The translations under genes were made by a program, and so were the position numbers. 64,000 nt of DNA, taken from positions 2,369,370 to 2,433,369 of the forward strand of contig MU057744.1 of assembly GCA_013265495.1 (NCBI GenBank). The letters are read 5' to 3'. The notes below the pieces were generated by a model that searched no databases, was not told the DNA's origin, and worked only from the letters and a program-made list of their open reading frames with translations. Each line of letters begins with the position of its first letter. The stretch's first letter is position 1. Positions 48,504 to 60,939 of this stretch are shown in pieces. This stretch comes from Vicugna vicugna (Eukaryota).

Positions 48504-49992
48504 GCAGAAAGGAATATGTACCATTTAGCTCCATTTCTCTATATTACAAAACAAACAGGCAAAATCAGTTGATGGCGTTTGATATCAGAATACTTGTTAC
48601 CTTTGGGACAGAGAGAAAGGGAAATGAGTCAGAGGGCAACTCTAGGGCACTAGTAATATTCAGATCTTTTATTTGCTCGGCAGTTATTTTAGTGGGAACG
48701 GGCTGCTTTGCGAAAATTAATCATGGTGTACTTTTATCTTTTGTGCATTTTAATTGAAGCAAATATAGATCCATAAAAATGTTTTTAGAAATCAGCTTTT
48801 CCCAAGATCAATATTTGTCATGGAAAATACTTGCTAAAAACCCCCATGTTTCACAGGCTACTTCAGTGCTTTCTTTCTCCACATAACCTCCCTTGCCTGC
48901 TGTCTCCTGAGGAAATGAAACATATAAGAAATAAATAGTTGATGACAAGTTTCTCACAGATGCTGAGCAATACTGAGCACAGAGAGGCATCATGTCGGGG
49001 AGATATCCTGGATTTACCGTCAAAATGCCTGCGTTGTAACAGCCACATGGCAATCAGTCTCTTACCGAAGTTTCTGAATCACTTGCAGTCCATACAGGTC
49101 TCTCACCTGCAACTGCTTCTTATCCCTGAGATCTGGGTTCACCCTCCAGCTCATGGAGGAACCCAACAGCCTTATTTCATTGAGCTGTGGAGTCCAGCCT
49201 CGCCTTTTCTTTGTGTTAGCGGCTTCTGCCCACTCCTGCCACCAGCGTGCATTCCATGTTGGTTCCTAAAAGTAAAGTCCTTGTTTCCTTCTTCGTGATA
49301 TTTTCCATTATCTGATCTGGGGATTCTCCAGGGTCTGACTAGCTGCAGCAGAGACAAGCATTCTCACACTCATTTGTCTTTTACTGTGTGGTGCCGACTT
49401 GCGTTTTTCAAGCTCAGAATTCTGACAGGTGTGGTGACAGACCCGTTAGTTACCGCCGACCCTCACCATCTGCTCTCCCTCACCCTGATGTGCTGCCTCT
49501 GGAGGGGCAATTTATTCTGCAGATGTGGCTGGGCCAGCTATGGCACAGTGTCTAGGTCCTGTTCTGAACGCTTCACAGTACTCACTTCTGAAAGGAGAAC
49601 TTTGTGTCTTGTGTGTCCAGTCCTGGCATTGCTTAAATGAAACAAATTATATTTTGTCAACTAAATACTGATTAGAATCTAAAATTTCAAGCTTTGCTAC
49701 TTTAAAAAAAAATCTTTGAAATCATATAGTGAAATAGTTAAAGTGGAAATTGAAGAAATCAGCAAACTGATTCTAAGCAGATAACATTAATGAAAAAATA
49801 AACCTGCAGCAGAACTATTAAGAAAAGTAATAATGCTATCAAAATTGTCAGTAAGCAGTGATTTATCACAAATTGACAGCGACTCTCAAGGAGACCTCCT
49901 AAGTTATTTACTATGACTTTGATTAGAAATCAATACAATTTGACCATGGGTAAACTGAAAAAAGCTTACCATATTGAGGCAAGTAGAAAGAT

Positions 49993-50056
49993 ACCAGAGC
50001 TATATATATAATATATAGAGAGAGACCAGAGCTATATATATAATATATAGAGAGAG
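49993..50056. repeat. Perfect 32-bp tandem duplication
   Basis: accagagctatatatataatatatagagagag at 49993-50024 and 50025-50056. Confidence 0.9.
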
Positions 50057-50401
50057 AGACTGTTGAGAGCTCAGGTTTTGGGTAGCTACAGGCTGCTAGT
50101 TTTTAATATCTTAAATCATATAAGCATGGATAGCTTAAAATAAATTTTAAAACATAGTTTTATAAACAAAGCTTTCATGATGTCTGTATGAAGGCTAATT
50201 TTGTGCTTAAATAACTTATATCCGAGTAGTCACTTGCATGATTGCCCAAAGGTGCTTATGTGCAAGATCACAATGCGCAAACAGAATGGAATGCACTGTC
50301 CTCCCGTTCCTACCACAAATAGGATGTGAAAAAAGGAGAAACTGCAAGAAAAAAATCTTTTTCAGCTCTAATCACAGACTTAAGGAGTCTCTGATAGATT
50401 T

Positions 50402-51395
50402 TCCTTAGTCTGGGGCCACTTAGGGACAGGCTGTAAGAATTAGGGTGCAGGAAACGTATTCAGGAGGTCATGCCGGGAGCACGGGGAATGCAGTGGGAAT
50501 CAAGGCCGGAGAGAGAGGGGAGACAGCTGCCACACCTGGCCCCTGGGCCTCAGGCACTCCGGTCAGTGCGGGGAGACTGTGTGCAACATGCTTGCAGTAG
50601 CCTCACCCAAAGGATGAGAAACCCACAGACTTAGTCACCAAGGCCCTGCCTGTCTTTGGCAATGCTCCAGAAAGCATTACACTGTTGGCAATTTCAGGTT
50701 GCTCTGTGCAGTTTCCATGCGTCACTCTGCAGCCAGATAAATATCCTGTGGTGAATGACACGTGACAGAGTAAGCAGCCTTGGACAGGTGGAGGTAAAGG
50801 TGGAAGGAGGGGGCAGGACGCTGACTGACAGTGTCTGCTTCAACTCACCCCGTGCTCCACCAGATACACTGGAGCCCCGTGCAAAGGACACTGTCCTCTC
50901 ACTGATTCTCCAAGGTGTGACACGTGACAATTAAAACCAATAGTTGGATGAGTGGAAGAAGCTCAGTCCCTACTAGTGAGGTGGTCCTGAGACCAGAAGT
51001 GACACTCACACCTGTCCTCCTTTACCTTCTATCCTGTGTACCTTTCATCCTTGGGGTTCCTGCTGCCTGAGGCTGCTTGTCTAATGGAGCCTCCCAGCTT
51101 CCCTGGTGGTCTAACCCCATGGCTGTTCTGCCTGCAGAAACATAGTAGCTGTAATTTCCTGTTCATGTCATAGGAACATTCTCCTGTGTCCCTGCTGTGC
51201 AGCAGGAACTCCATCATGGTGAAGTACCCTGGAGTACAGTAATTCCTTTTTCTGCCTGCCGCCTACTGGCATGGGCACCCCAAAGCAGCTACATAAGAAG
51301 CACTTCAGACTTAGCAACGTTGGTAAAGCCCCCCATTTGAAAACAGCAGTGCCTAATGTTACAGATTTCAGAAGTACAAGTTCCTCAATTGCTTC
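50402..51395 (-). mobile_element. LTR16-like ERV-L 3' LTR plus adjacent internal pol/dUTPase remnant
   Basis: LTR16-like 50402-50842 (gggtgcaggaaacgtattcaggaggtcatgccggg). Minus-strand translation gives AEKGITVLQG (51225-51254) and FLLHSRDTGE..MNRKLQ..VRPPGK, similar to ERV-L AKKGITVLAG / LLLHNGGKE / VNGKLQ / VTPPGK. Confidence 0.65.
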
Positions 51396-51397
51396 AC

Positions 51398-52495
51398 GGG
51401 GATTGCCGGAGGGAATGGCCCACCCTTACTTCCACCTCTTAGACACAGTTTTCCACTGTGACTGTACCACCAACAGTGCACAGGGGTTCCTGTCTCTCCA
51501 CATCCTGGTCAACACTTTTTTGTCTCTTGGCCTTTTGACAACAGCCATTCTAACAGGGGAAGTAATAGCACCTGATCGTGGCTTTACTTGAATTTCCCTG
51601 GTGGTTAGTGATGTTGAGCACCTCTTCATGTACCTGATGTACGTCCTCTTTGGAAAAATGTCTATTCAGGTCCTCTGTCCATTCTTTAATCAGATTTTTT
51701 TCTTTTGCTATTGAGTTGTATGGGTTTCTCATATATTTTGGATTTTAAACCCTTGCTTAATATATGGTTTGCAAATATTTTTTCTCACTCTGTGGTTTGT
51801 CATTCTGTTGACTTTCTTTTTCTATGTAGAAGTTTTTTAGTTTGATATAGTCCCACTTGTTCACTTTTGCTTTTCTTGCTAATGCTTTTGGTGTCAAATC
51901 CCCAAAATCATTGCCAAGACCAGCATCAGTGAGGTTCTCCCTGTCTTCTTTTTGGAGTTTTATGGTTTCAGATCTTACATTTACTTTTTTATTCCATTTC
52001 AAGTAAATTTTTGTGAGTGCTATAAAATACAGGTTCAATTTTTTTCTTTTGCATATGAATATGTAAAAACATGGATACACTTTGAGGACATTATGCTAAG
52101 TGAAATAAGTTAGACAGGAAAAAGACACATACTGCATGGAGCACTTCCATGTGGAGTCTAGGGTAAAGCTCAGAAACAGAGTGTAGAAAGAGTTGTCAGT
52201 GGTTGGGGATGGAGGGAAAAGGGGTAGTTTGGTAAAAGGACACAGGATTTCAGTTTTAAGTGCATAAGGATCTAGTGCATAACTTGGTAAGTACAGTTGA
52301 TGACACTGTATCGTAGGGCTGAACTTTGCTGACACAGTATGCTCTCACACACACACAAGTGAGGTGGATGGATGCGTTAACTTGACGAAGGGAGGATCCT
52401 TTCCCTGTGTACACGTACATCAGATAATTCTGCTGTAGACTCTACCTTGCTTATCGTTTCATTTGATAATCATACCTCAATAAAGCTGAAAAAAC
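51398..52495. mobile_element. L1MA9/10-like element with 5' inversion
   Basis: Minus-strand ORF2 at 51398-~52062 (MKRCSTSLTTREIQVK; KVNKWDYIKLKNF) abuts plus-strand ORF2 end/3'UTR ~52063-52495 ending atacctcaataaagctgaaaaaa. Confidence 0.85.
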
Positions 52496-54527
52496 TGTTA
52501 CCTGTAATATAATTGAGTAAGTTTATGAAGTGACATTCCTCGCAGAACAGTGGCTACTATGCAGGTATTAGAGTGAAACATTAGGGACTCTTAGTTTTTG
52601 TGAATAGTACGTTTTCACATACAAACATGGTTTTCCACCTAACACGAAATCTGGGGCTAGTCTTCTCTGTACTTCGCCAGGGCCCTGTTGAAAAGCACTG
52701 ATGCCTCTTAGCGATAATGAGATCTGATGTCGTGCCACGCAAAGTGCGCTCCGTGTCCTGCTCCGACCTACAGACTTTTCTTACAGGTCCACAAGGAGAT
52801 GAATTCAGAAACTGAGAGGAAGCAATCAGAAACCTTTATATCAGTTTGACCCAAGCGATTTGTGTCCATTGATCTAATAAAAATTTAGGACTTTATTTTA
52901 TATATTATTTTTCATGTATTTTTTCCTAGCAATTCACTTATAGCACATTAACTAATTACTAATTAAAAATTTACTAATCACTGAATAGACTTAAGCTAGT
53001 AATTTTTACTACTGTTAGTAATGAGTCTGTTAGCAATTACTAATTGCTGATTTACTATTCCATGAAGGGTTTGAAATTAAAAATAACCCTGTTTCTTCAT
53101 CAAGGTCAGCTTGAGAAGCTCTGCTGTGAGGAGCATGAATCTGAGCTGCAATCTACGAGGCTGTCTGACCGTCCTGGATGCTCTGGCGTTTGCATGTTGC
53201 TCACAGACTCACACTTTAGATAAAACCACAGCAGCCTAATGTGCCTGCTGCAGGGAACCTTATGCTCGATGCTTCACCACGTTTCCACCACTTCCTAGAT
53301 GTTTTCTTACTTTGCACATTGAGCAAGTGACACACTGCTGATACGTCTTTTGATAACAGAATGACAGAAATTGAGAAAATCATTTATAAAAACATCTTTC
53401 AGTTTCCTCTATAACCACTGTTCCACCTCACAGCTGGAGGGAAGTCTTCAAGCAGTCAAGTTACTGCAGAGCCACTGGGCACACAGCCATCCCGTGGCTC
53501 TCCCGGCAGGCCGAGTCAGGAGAAGTCAAACCGTGCACTGCGTCTGCCAACCCAAGGGCCACCTTCCACACAAGAGAATGCGGAAGCCAGATTACTGACA
53601 ACAGATGGCCTGTTTCCTCCCTGACTTCTCCAACCTGGGAGGTTGACACCAAGGACCTCTGAATTGGTATGAGTGCAATTCACGGCCGACCTTCTCAATA
53701 GTCATTGCCATTAGCATTTTAATAAAGTCTGAAGAGCTCTCATTTCAAAATGTCAATGCTGTCACGAGGGACTCAGACTGTCTATGATTAAACCTTTTCC
53801 TGCTTTCTCCTCAGCATTTTGAATATAAAATACATTCTGTGTTGGAGACTTAAAGTGAAGTGTTGGAACAGCCAATGATGGATTGAGCAGGAGCCTGTAA
53901 ACAGGAAAGGGAAATAAAACCTGGACGTTTGGGCTGAAATCTGGGCCTCCAGTTATCTGGGGCTCTCAGTTACATGGAGAGATAAGACTAAGAGAGCTCC
54001 TTGTTTTATACCTTGGTTTGAACGACTGTAGGTCAGAAATTTTAATAACGCTAAACAATAAAATAAAATCATGGATGAAGCACCCAATTATCTGTTTAGA
54101 ATCTGTCAGAGATCCACTTTGGTAGCCTTGGAAGGTTCATTTGAAATGTCCTGAAATGGACTAACCCAATCTAAAGAACTAAATGACCGTGCTTTTTAAG
54201 AAAAAGTGAAACTCAGCAACCTCCCTTGCAAAGATCTTGAGAAGTTCTGAGGGGCCAACCTACGCTGTAATGCAGGAATCTGCTGAGGAAATGCTGTGAT
54301 TCTTCCCACGTCCTGTAGGTCTTTGCACAATTATCTAGAATGAGCCACAGCTGAGGTTCCATAGTTGGAGGACAATGCCAGGAGGGTTCAAGGGCCGGGT
54401 CACTGAGAGTGCTGGGAAAAGTGCGTATGATCAGCAAGGACACGTGACGTCTGTCAGAGAAACGCTGTCAGACAGATCACTGACTTTGCACCAGAGAGCA
54501 AGGACTCAGCACAGAGCCATCTTCCTG

Positions 54528-54646
54528 CTGCTTCCTTCTTCCTTTCCCTTTCTTTTCCTTCCTTCCTTCCTTCTTCCTTCCTTCCTTTCTCCCTCCCTTC
54601 CTCCCTTCCTTCCTCCCATCCTTCTTCCTTCCTCCCTTCTTCCTTC
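54528..54646. repeat. (CCTT)n pyrimidine-rich simple repeat
   Basis: Degenerate ccttccttcc/ctcccttcc array. Confidence 0.85.
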
Positions 54647-54869
54647 AAGTGAGTCTCCCAAAAGCCTGATGTTTGATTACTTATTTTCTTGCCTAATAAG
54701 AAAATAGAAGATAAATTAATAAGTAAATTGAATTATATTAGAAATATACACAGAACCTAGTTAAAATGATTTTACCAATAAAACAGACCCTAAGGATTTA
54801 TTGTTTCTAATTCATTGCTTTAAAATGCTTCTGTTTTAGACATTTTAGTGTTTGCCTACTTTTTTAAAG

Positions 54870-55176
54870 CCACCATAATGATGGATACATTAAACATTTG
54901 TTCCAACCCACAGAATGTACACCACCAAACGTGAACAGTAAAGAGAATAAAAAGTGAGCAGTAACAGTAACGAGAACCATGGATTTGGGGCGATCACGAT
55001 GTGTCAGTGTAGGTTGACCAGCTGTACCGAGTGTACGGCTCTGGAGAAGGGTGCTGATATGAGCAGCTTCTGCACGTGCAGGGGAAGGGAGTATATGGGA
55101 AACTGCAGCATCCTCCCTTCAGTGTTGCTGCAAACCTTCAACTGCTCCAAAAACTAGTCATAGTTAAAAAAAAAAC
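54870..55176 (+). mobile_element. L1MC/L1MD 3' end
   Basis: ataatgatggatac...caaacccacagaatgtacaccaccaa-like motif, gatgtgtcagtgtaggtt, gggagtatatgggaaact...ctgctccaaaaa. Confidence 0.75.
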
Positions 55177-56005
55177 AACCTTGTATATAGTGTTGTTGTA
55201 TGTAATAAATTGATATCAGAACTCTGCTTTTCTTATGCAAACTGAGAGTATTTTAATAGAGAAACCAACACTTTTCTGCTCCATAAGTGTATGTTCCCAA
55301 GTTAAAGGGAGTGTCTTCATCACTCTTATCTGCCACAAAGTGTATACGCTACTTAGGGCTTCTTATGGTGAAAGCATCTCACTGGATGTAATGTAACTGT
55401 ACTGTCTGATGACTTAGAGAGACAGTGAGATGAGACGTTTTCCTATAGGTAGAGTAAATGGTTATGACCAGTTGATATTAACATTTCACCGTAAATAAAA
55501 ATGTCTGCTCACAGTCTCTCTTCAGAATTGAGTATTACCTTCACACATTGCGAAACGGTGTGTACACGTACAAAGCCATCTGCTAGTGTGTTCATCAATA
55601 GTAAAGGCACTGGGAACTACCTAGATATCTCTTGATACAAATTTCTTTTTCAAATTAGGATACAATGTAAAACAGATATTGTGAAATTATATAAAGATAC
55701 ATTATACAGAGGTTAGGCAGGTTATATTACAATATTCAAAATACAAAAATTTATATTAAATATCTATTTTTATGCATGTGTTTACAAAATTCCATGTAGC
55801 TTACATAAGATTTAACATTGAAGAAAAAAGTACATTATTAACTGCACATTTGGATCTTGTATATTATTTACTATTTTATCATAAGCAGACATTAAATGTA
55901 TAATTAATAACAATAATATGTAATTGTCCCAATCTTGTCTTTGTTACCAAATTTAGGCTTTGATTAAAATGATTCTAGTAGCCCAATTCTATTCCTTTCC
56001 TCATT

Positions 56006-56502
56006 AGTTGTGGTATATTCATACAATGGAATACTACTCAGGCATAAAAAAGAATAAAATAATGCCATTTGCAGCAACATGGATGGACCTAGAGAATGTC
56101 ATTCGAAGTGAAGTAAGCCAGAATGAGAAAGAAAAATACCACATGCTATCTCTTGTATGTGGAATCTAAAAAACAAAAAGACAAGTTTATGTGCAAAACA
56201 GAAACAGACTCACAGACATAGAAAACAAACATGGTTACTGGTGGGAAGGGGATGGGAAGGGATAAATTAGGAGTCTGAGATCTGCAGATGCTGACTAATA
56301 TATACAAAATAGATAAACAACAAGTTCATACTGTATAGCACAGGGAACTATGTTCAATATCTTGTAGTAACTTATGGTGAAAAATACGAAAATGAATATA
56401 TGTACATTCATGTATGACCGAAGCATTATAATGTACAGCAGAAATGGATACAACATTGCAAACTGACTATACTTCAATAAAAAAAATATATATATATATA
56501 TA
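56006..56502 (+). mobile_element. 5'-truncated lineage-specific L1 (ORF2 end + 3'UTR)
   Basis: gttgtggtatattcatacaatggaatactactcag...gtatagcacagggaactat...actgactatacttcaataaaaaaaa plus (AT)n. Confidence 0.9.
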
Positions 56503-59233
56503 AAGAAGTGGCTTGTACTTCCATATTAGACACAAAAAGAGGAAAGTAGTCATTTTTCCTGTTCTTTAAGTTATTGTTTGCACATCTTTTAAAATAAGAG
56601 CTTTCAAAAGCCTTAAATTATCAAAAGATTTGTTTACTTAATTTTTCGAAGCATGAGAGATGTAGGCAAGAAAATGTTTTGAACAAGGCAATGGAAATAA
56701 AGGGCTTCAAAGAGTAGCCCAGGTGGCAAAGGCATGGCCACCATTAATCTGTCGGAAACTGTAACCGCAACCCTGAGAACAGGGTGAGTCATCGGGGGAT
56801 TGCCTGGAAGAGCAAATTACAGGACACTTAATTTAGCTACTCTGATTCACTACATCACCACATAGCAGCGCCCACACCATCTACAGGTGGCAGTTAATGT
56901 GTCTGTTTGCTGTACCTCCTTAAAAGTCCCCCTGTCATTCCAATGCCCCAGAAAAAAAAAAAAAAGACAAAAAAAGAAAAAGAAAATCTGTGAATGGTAG
57001 AAAAAATAATTTTTTCCAAGGACTTCTCGTATACCTCGCCATAGAAAAACATAGTGCCTCCAAGTAGAAAAATGAGGAGGCAGTTAAGATAAAACGAGGG
57101 ACACTGAGAAAGAAAAACACTGTGCCAATAACTGGAAAAAATGAAAATAGCAGGTAACACTGTGTTAATTATACTTGTGACCTGGAATATCAACTATATA
57201 TGTATATATAGATATAGATCTTCAGGAGATACAGATGATGAGCTAATAAAAAGTTTCCAACCAATTAAATTAGGTGCTGCACAGGTTGCCATAGCAACCC
57301 ACTTTGATGAGGACCACAGCAGAAATGAACTTGGAAAAACTGGTCTCCAGCTTGGAGTGAAGACTAGGTTTTAAGAAGAAAAGTACCACACTATTTTGGT
57401 AAAAAAAAAAAGTTGAATAACATAATATATACTTAACTTTCTTTGTATGCTTCCTTGAAAATCAGAGTAGTCAGGGGGCTTTGACAGCGGCACCATTGTG
57501 GAAACTCTCCTAGAGGGAATGTAAAGACTGCAATCTGGACAGTGTGTGGAGGTGGGCATATCTGGAGTCTAGAACCTTCCTACGTCTTCATTTACCCTGG
57601 TCTTCCCTCTGTTTAATGTACCAGCTTAGGTTGTGTATATTCCAAATGCCATTCCAACTCACTGACAAATTCTTTTCATTTTTTTACCACTGCTATGGCT
57701 TATCTTAAAATATATTACATTTATATGTATATACAATTTATACATAATAAATAATACTACAAACACTTTATACATAATTTTATTTTAAAATTACTACCAA
57801 AATTGCATACTGTCTGGTATGGTTAACATACACCGTAAGTGTGTAATTATATTCATGCACTTGCCACATACATATTCCCTTCATACTTGGCATCAGGCAT
57901 ATTATTACTGATGACACTATGGGTGTGAACATGCGTGTATACAGTGTTCCGTGTATTCACATGTAAAATCTTTAGTGAAAGAGACAACTGCTTAGAAATT
58001 TTGTGAATATTTCACCGTTCACTGTGCTGCTCTAAGGCTCACTGTAAGTTGAGGCACTGTCTGTACTTCCTAGTGATTATGGTTTAAACAGGAACAAACC
58101 TGTAGCCTTTCCTTCCTGCTTCAGAAGTGACAGTGAAGGAGTCTCTCCCCTCAGAAGAGAAATCAGTAACAACATGTGTGTCGCACCGTGCGGCCTGATG
58201 CCCCTTTTTTAAATGCACTGAAGAAAAATCTCCTGGCCTCCTATCTAAGTCCCCATCAGATTTCTCCTATCTCCATTTCCTGCCAAGTCTCAGCCCAGTA
58301 GCCCCCAGGGAGTCTGGTGGAGCAGGTGCAGGAAGCAGAGGAAATTCAAGAAAGGGAGGGAAAACAGCTGCAAGGCAAAGCAGGTAGAGAAGCCCTGGGA
58401 CACGCGCATTAATCAGTGCTTGCCTTATCACAGGAACAGCAAACTTCGCAAGCCTTGGACTACGATACTGTGCAAGGGCATTACATCATATTTACAACGA
58501 ATTCTTGCTCCATTTCACACTCAAAGAAAACTCTGAAATATTATAGGTTTCGATATGTCTTTCTCCACAGTAATTCTCAATTTGGGGGCAGCATGAAGAC
58601 CTGTATTATGTAACAAAAACTATTAAACATCTTCCAGAAAAATATGAAATTATATATATATTCACAGAATATTTTTCAGAAGATTAGTGAGTCATTGAAG
58701 CCTGTGGATGAAGTACAGACTAAAAACCTACAACCTTCTGAAAGAAAATCTGATTTTCTTATATTTAAGACACTGTAGTTACTAATTTTCATTTTAAATT
58801 AACACATTTTTATTATCATTTTGATTTAAGTCCCATGTAGATTTTTCTGCAAAGAGTAAACTAATGGCTGTTGCATATTATGCATTCTGTGGCTGTTACA
58901 TTAATAATTTACAGTATATCAACTCCTCTGATCTTTGTTTCACATTCAATATATTTTTACTCGCATTCCACTTGGAACTGGAGTTTGAGTTGAAGTGGAA
59001 ATATAAAGATGAAAAAACCAGTGTCCCTGCCCTAAAGAAGTGTTACCGAGGCTGTCACTCCAGAAGCCTGCCCCTCTCTCTGGGTAAGCTTGCAGAAAAC
59101 AGAAACTAACCATATCCTCTAGCTGTGTGTACATCACAGGAACAAAAGAGAGAGTCTAACCACGAGGAAACTGGTGCAAGCTGGTTCAGCTCCAAAAGTG
59201 GGATGATGGTTGGCTTACAGCTCATTATCATCT

Positions 59234-59640
59234 TGTTGTAATAGTAAGATCTCCACCTTCCTATCTACGCCATGATGGTCTGACCTGGTTCCAACCCAGA
59301 TGCCAATGACCACACAAGGGCAGAAAAGAGGTGGCACCCAGTTCCAGGAAGAACCTACCTTTTCCCTGAAAACCAATTCATATGCCACCCATTAGCCTTG
59401 CCTTTAAAATCTTGCCTTCATCCCCTCTCCCACCAGGACAAGGTGGTTTGCAAACTCAGTTCCCACCTCTCCATTCTCTGGCCATTGGATAAGGCTTGTG
59501 CTGTTTCAGTCTCAGCGCTGGTCTTGATATTGGCTTTGCAAATCCAAATGGGAAAAGAACCTTCCCACTCAGGCAGGGGGCTTTGGCTAGGCGGGGGCCC
59601 AAGTAGGGGGTCCACATGGGGAATCTAAGTCTGGAAAACA
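59234..59640 (+). mobile_element. Probable older solo LTR (family uncertain)
   Basis: TG start and ...ctggaaaaca end, TATA-like cctttaaaatc, degenerate polyA ggataagg, and U5-like gatattggctttgcaaatcc. Confidence 0.5.
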
Positions 59641-59934
59641 AATCCTGGCAGCTTACAAGAAAATCAAGCTTTGACGTGAGGACTGATGCAGCCCTTGTTT
59701 TCTTATTATTTTCTTTTTGTTTCCATTGGGAGAAAGATATTGACCTTAAGTTATAAAATGGAAGACTGAGTGATTACTTTATGTTTCCAATATGTTAAGT
59801 GGAGTTAGTGCAAATGAAAAAGGGGTCCTGCCCTACCCATGATTCCTTTTTTAAACCTTGAGGGCATAGAATTAATTGACCTTAAACCTCAGGTGATCAT
59901 GGTTGTGAACATAAAGCCACAGATTTTATTTGAA

Positions 59935-60930
59935 CTATTTTTTTTTTTTAGAAAATTGTTGATTCACATGGACTTTGAAGAAATAATACTGGTAGAGCCC
60001 ATATACCCTGTGTTCAGTTTCCCCAGTGGTAGCACCTTGTAAAACTACGGTGCAACATCACAGCTAGGATATTGGCTTTGATACAGTCAAGGAACAGAAC
60101 AATTCCCTCACCAAAAGCATCCTTCATCTTGGTCTTTTATAGCCACACCCATCTCCATGGAACGTGTTAGCAGAATTGCATGGACTGGAGGTACCACATT
60201 TGTTTAACCATTTATCCACTGAAGGCTGGTTCTGGTTTGGGGGTTCTCGTTTGGAGCCATTCTGAATAAAACTGCTGTGAACACTTGGGTACAGGTTTCT
60301 GTGTGAGCATAAGTGTTCACTCTTCTGGGATAAATGCTCATGAGTACCACTGCTAGGTCATATGGTTAGTTTAGTTTTTCATGGAAGTGCCGAGTGATTT
60401 TCCACAGTGACTACAGCATTCTTCTCTCTCTAACCACGTCCGTGAGTGTGTGCTCCTCATCCAGCACCTCCTCACCCTTGGCAGCATCTGCTGTTGCTCC
60501 TTTTCACGTCAGTGTTACTGGTGTGTATTGTGATGTCTGTCTGTCCTCCCTGGTGACATGTCTCAGCATGGCTTTTGACTATTTTCTAATTGATTTTTTT
60601 TTTTTTTGGCTGCAGTTTGGAAGTTCTTTCTGTATTCTAGATACATGTGCTTTGTTGGATATTCGGTTTGCAAATGTTTGCTCTCAGTCTGTTACCTGCC
60701 TGTTCCTTACTTTCACGTGGGCTTTCAGTTTTTAATCTAATAAGATAAAACTTAACAATTTTTCTCTCAGTAGAGTTTGGTGCCAAATATAAGACCTTTT
60801 GCCTAAATCTATATCCCGAATATCTTCTTTTAACATTTTTTTTGTAAAAATGTTTAGTTTTATAGTTTCTACATAGATCTGTGATCCATTTTAAGTTAAT
60901 TTTTGTGTAAAGTGTGAGTTTAGATTAAGT
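59935..60930 (-). mobile_element. L1MC1-like 3'UTR/ORF2 fragment
   Basis: gaaataatac...cagtttccccagtggtagcaccttgtaaaactac...gatacagtcaaggaacagaaca...ccacatttgtttaaccatttatccactgaagg...tctgggataaatgctc. Confidence 0.8.
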
Positions 60931-60939
60931 TTTGTTTTC

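Larger units (their letters stand above)
46380..48780 (+). mobile_element. Ancient L1ME-like ORF2/3'UTR hosting MER58 and a younger L1 insertion
   Basis: tttagcaagtttactgaaacgaagatc, caatattgtagaagtaccaatactcctcaaattgac, and 3'UTR atgctgagcaaaagaaatca|gcagaaagg...aacaggcaaaatc...gttacctttggg. Confidence 0.7.

Noticed and set aside
57021..57153. AG...GT-bounded exon candidate
   Set aside because: Stop codons in all three frames and no other support.
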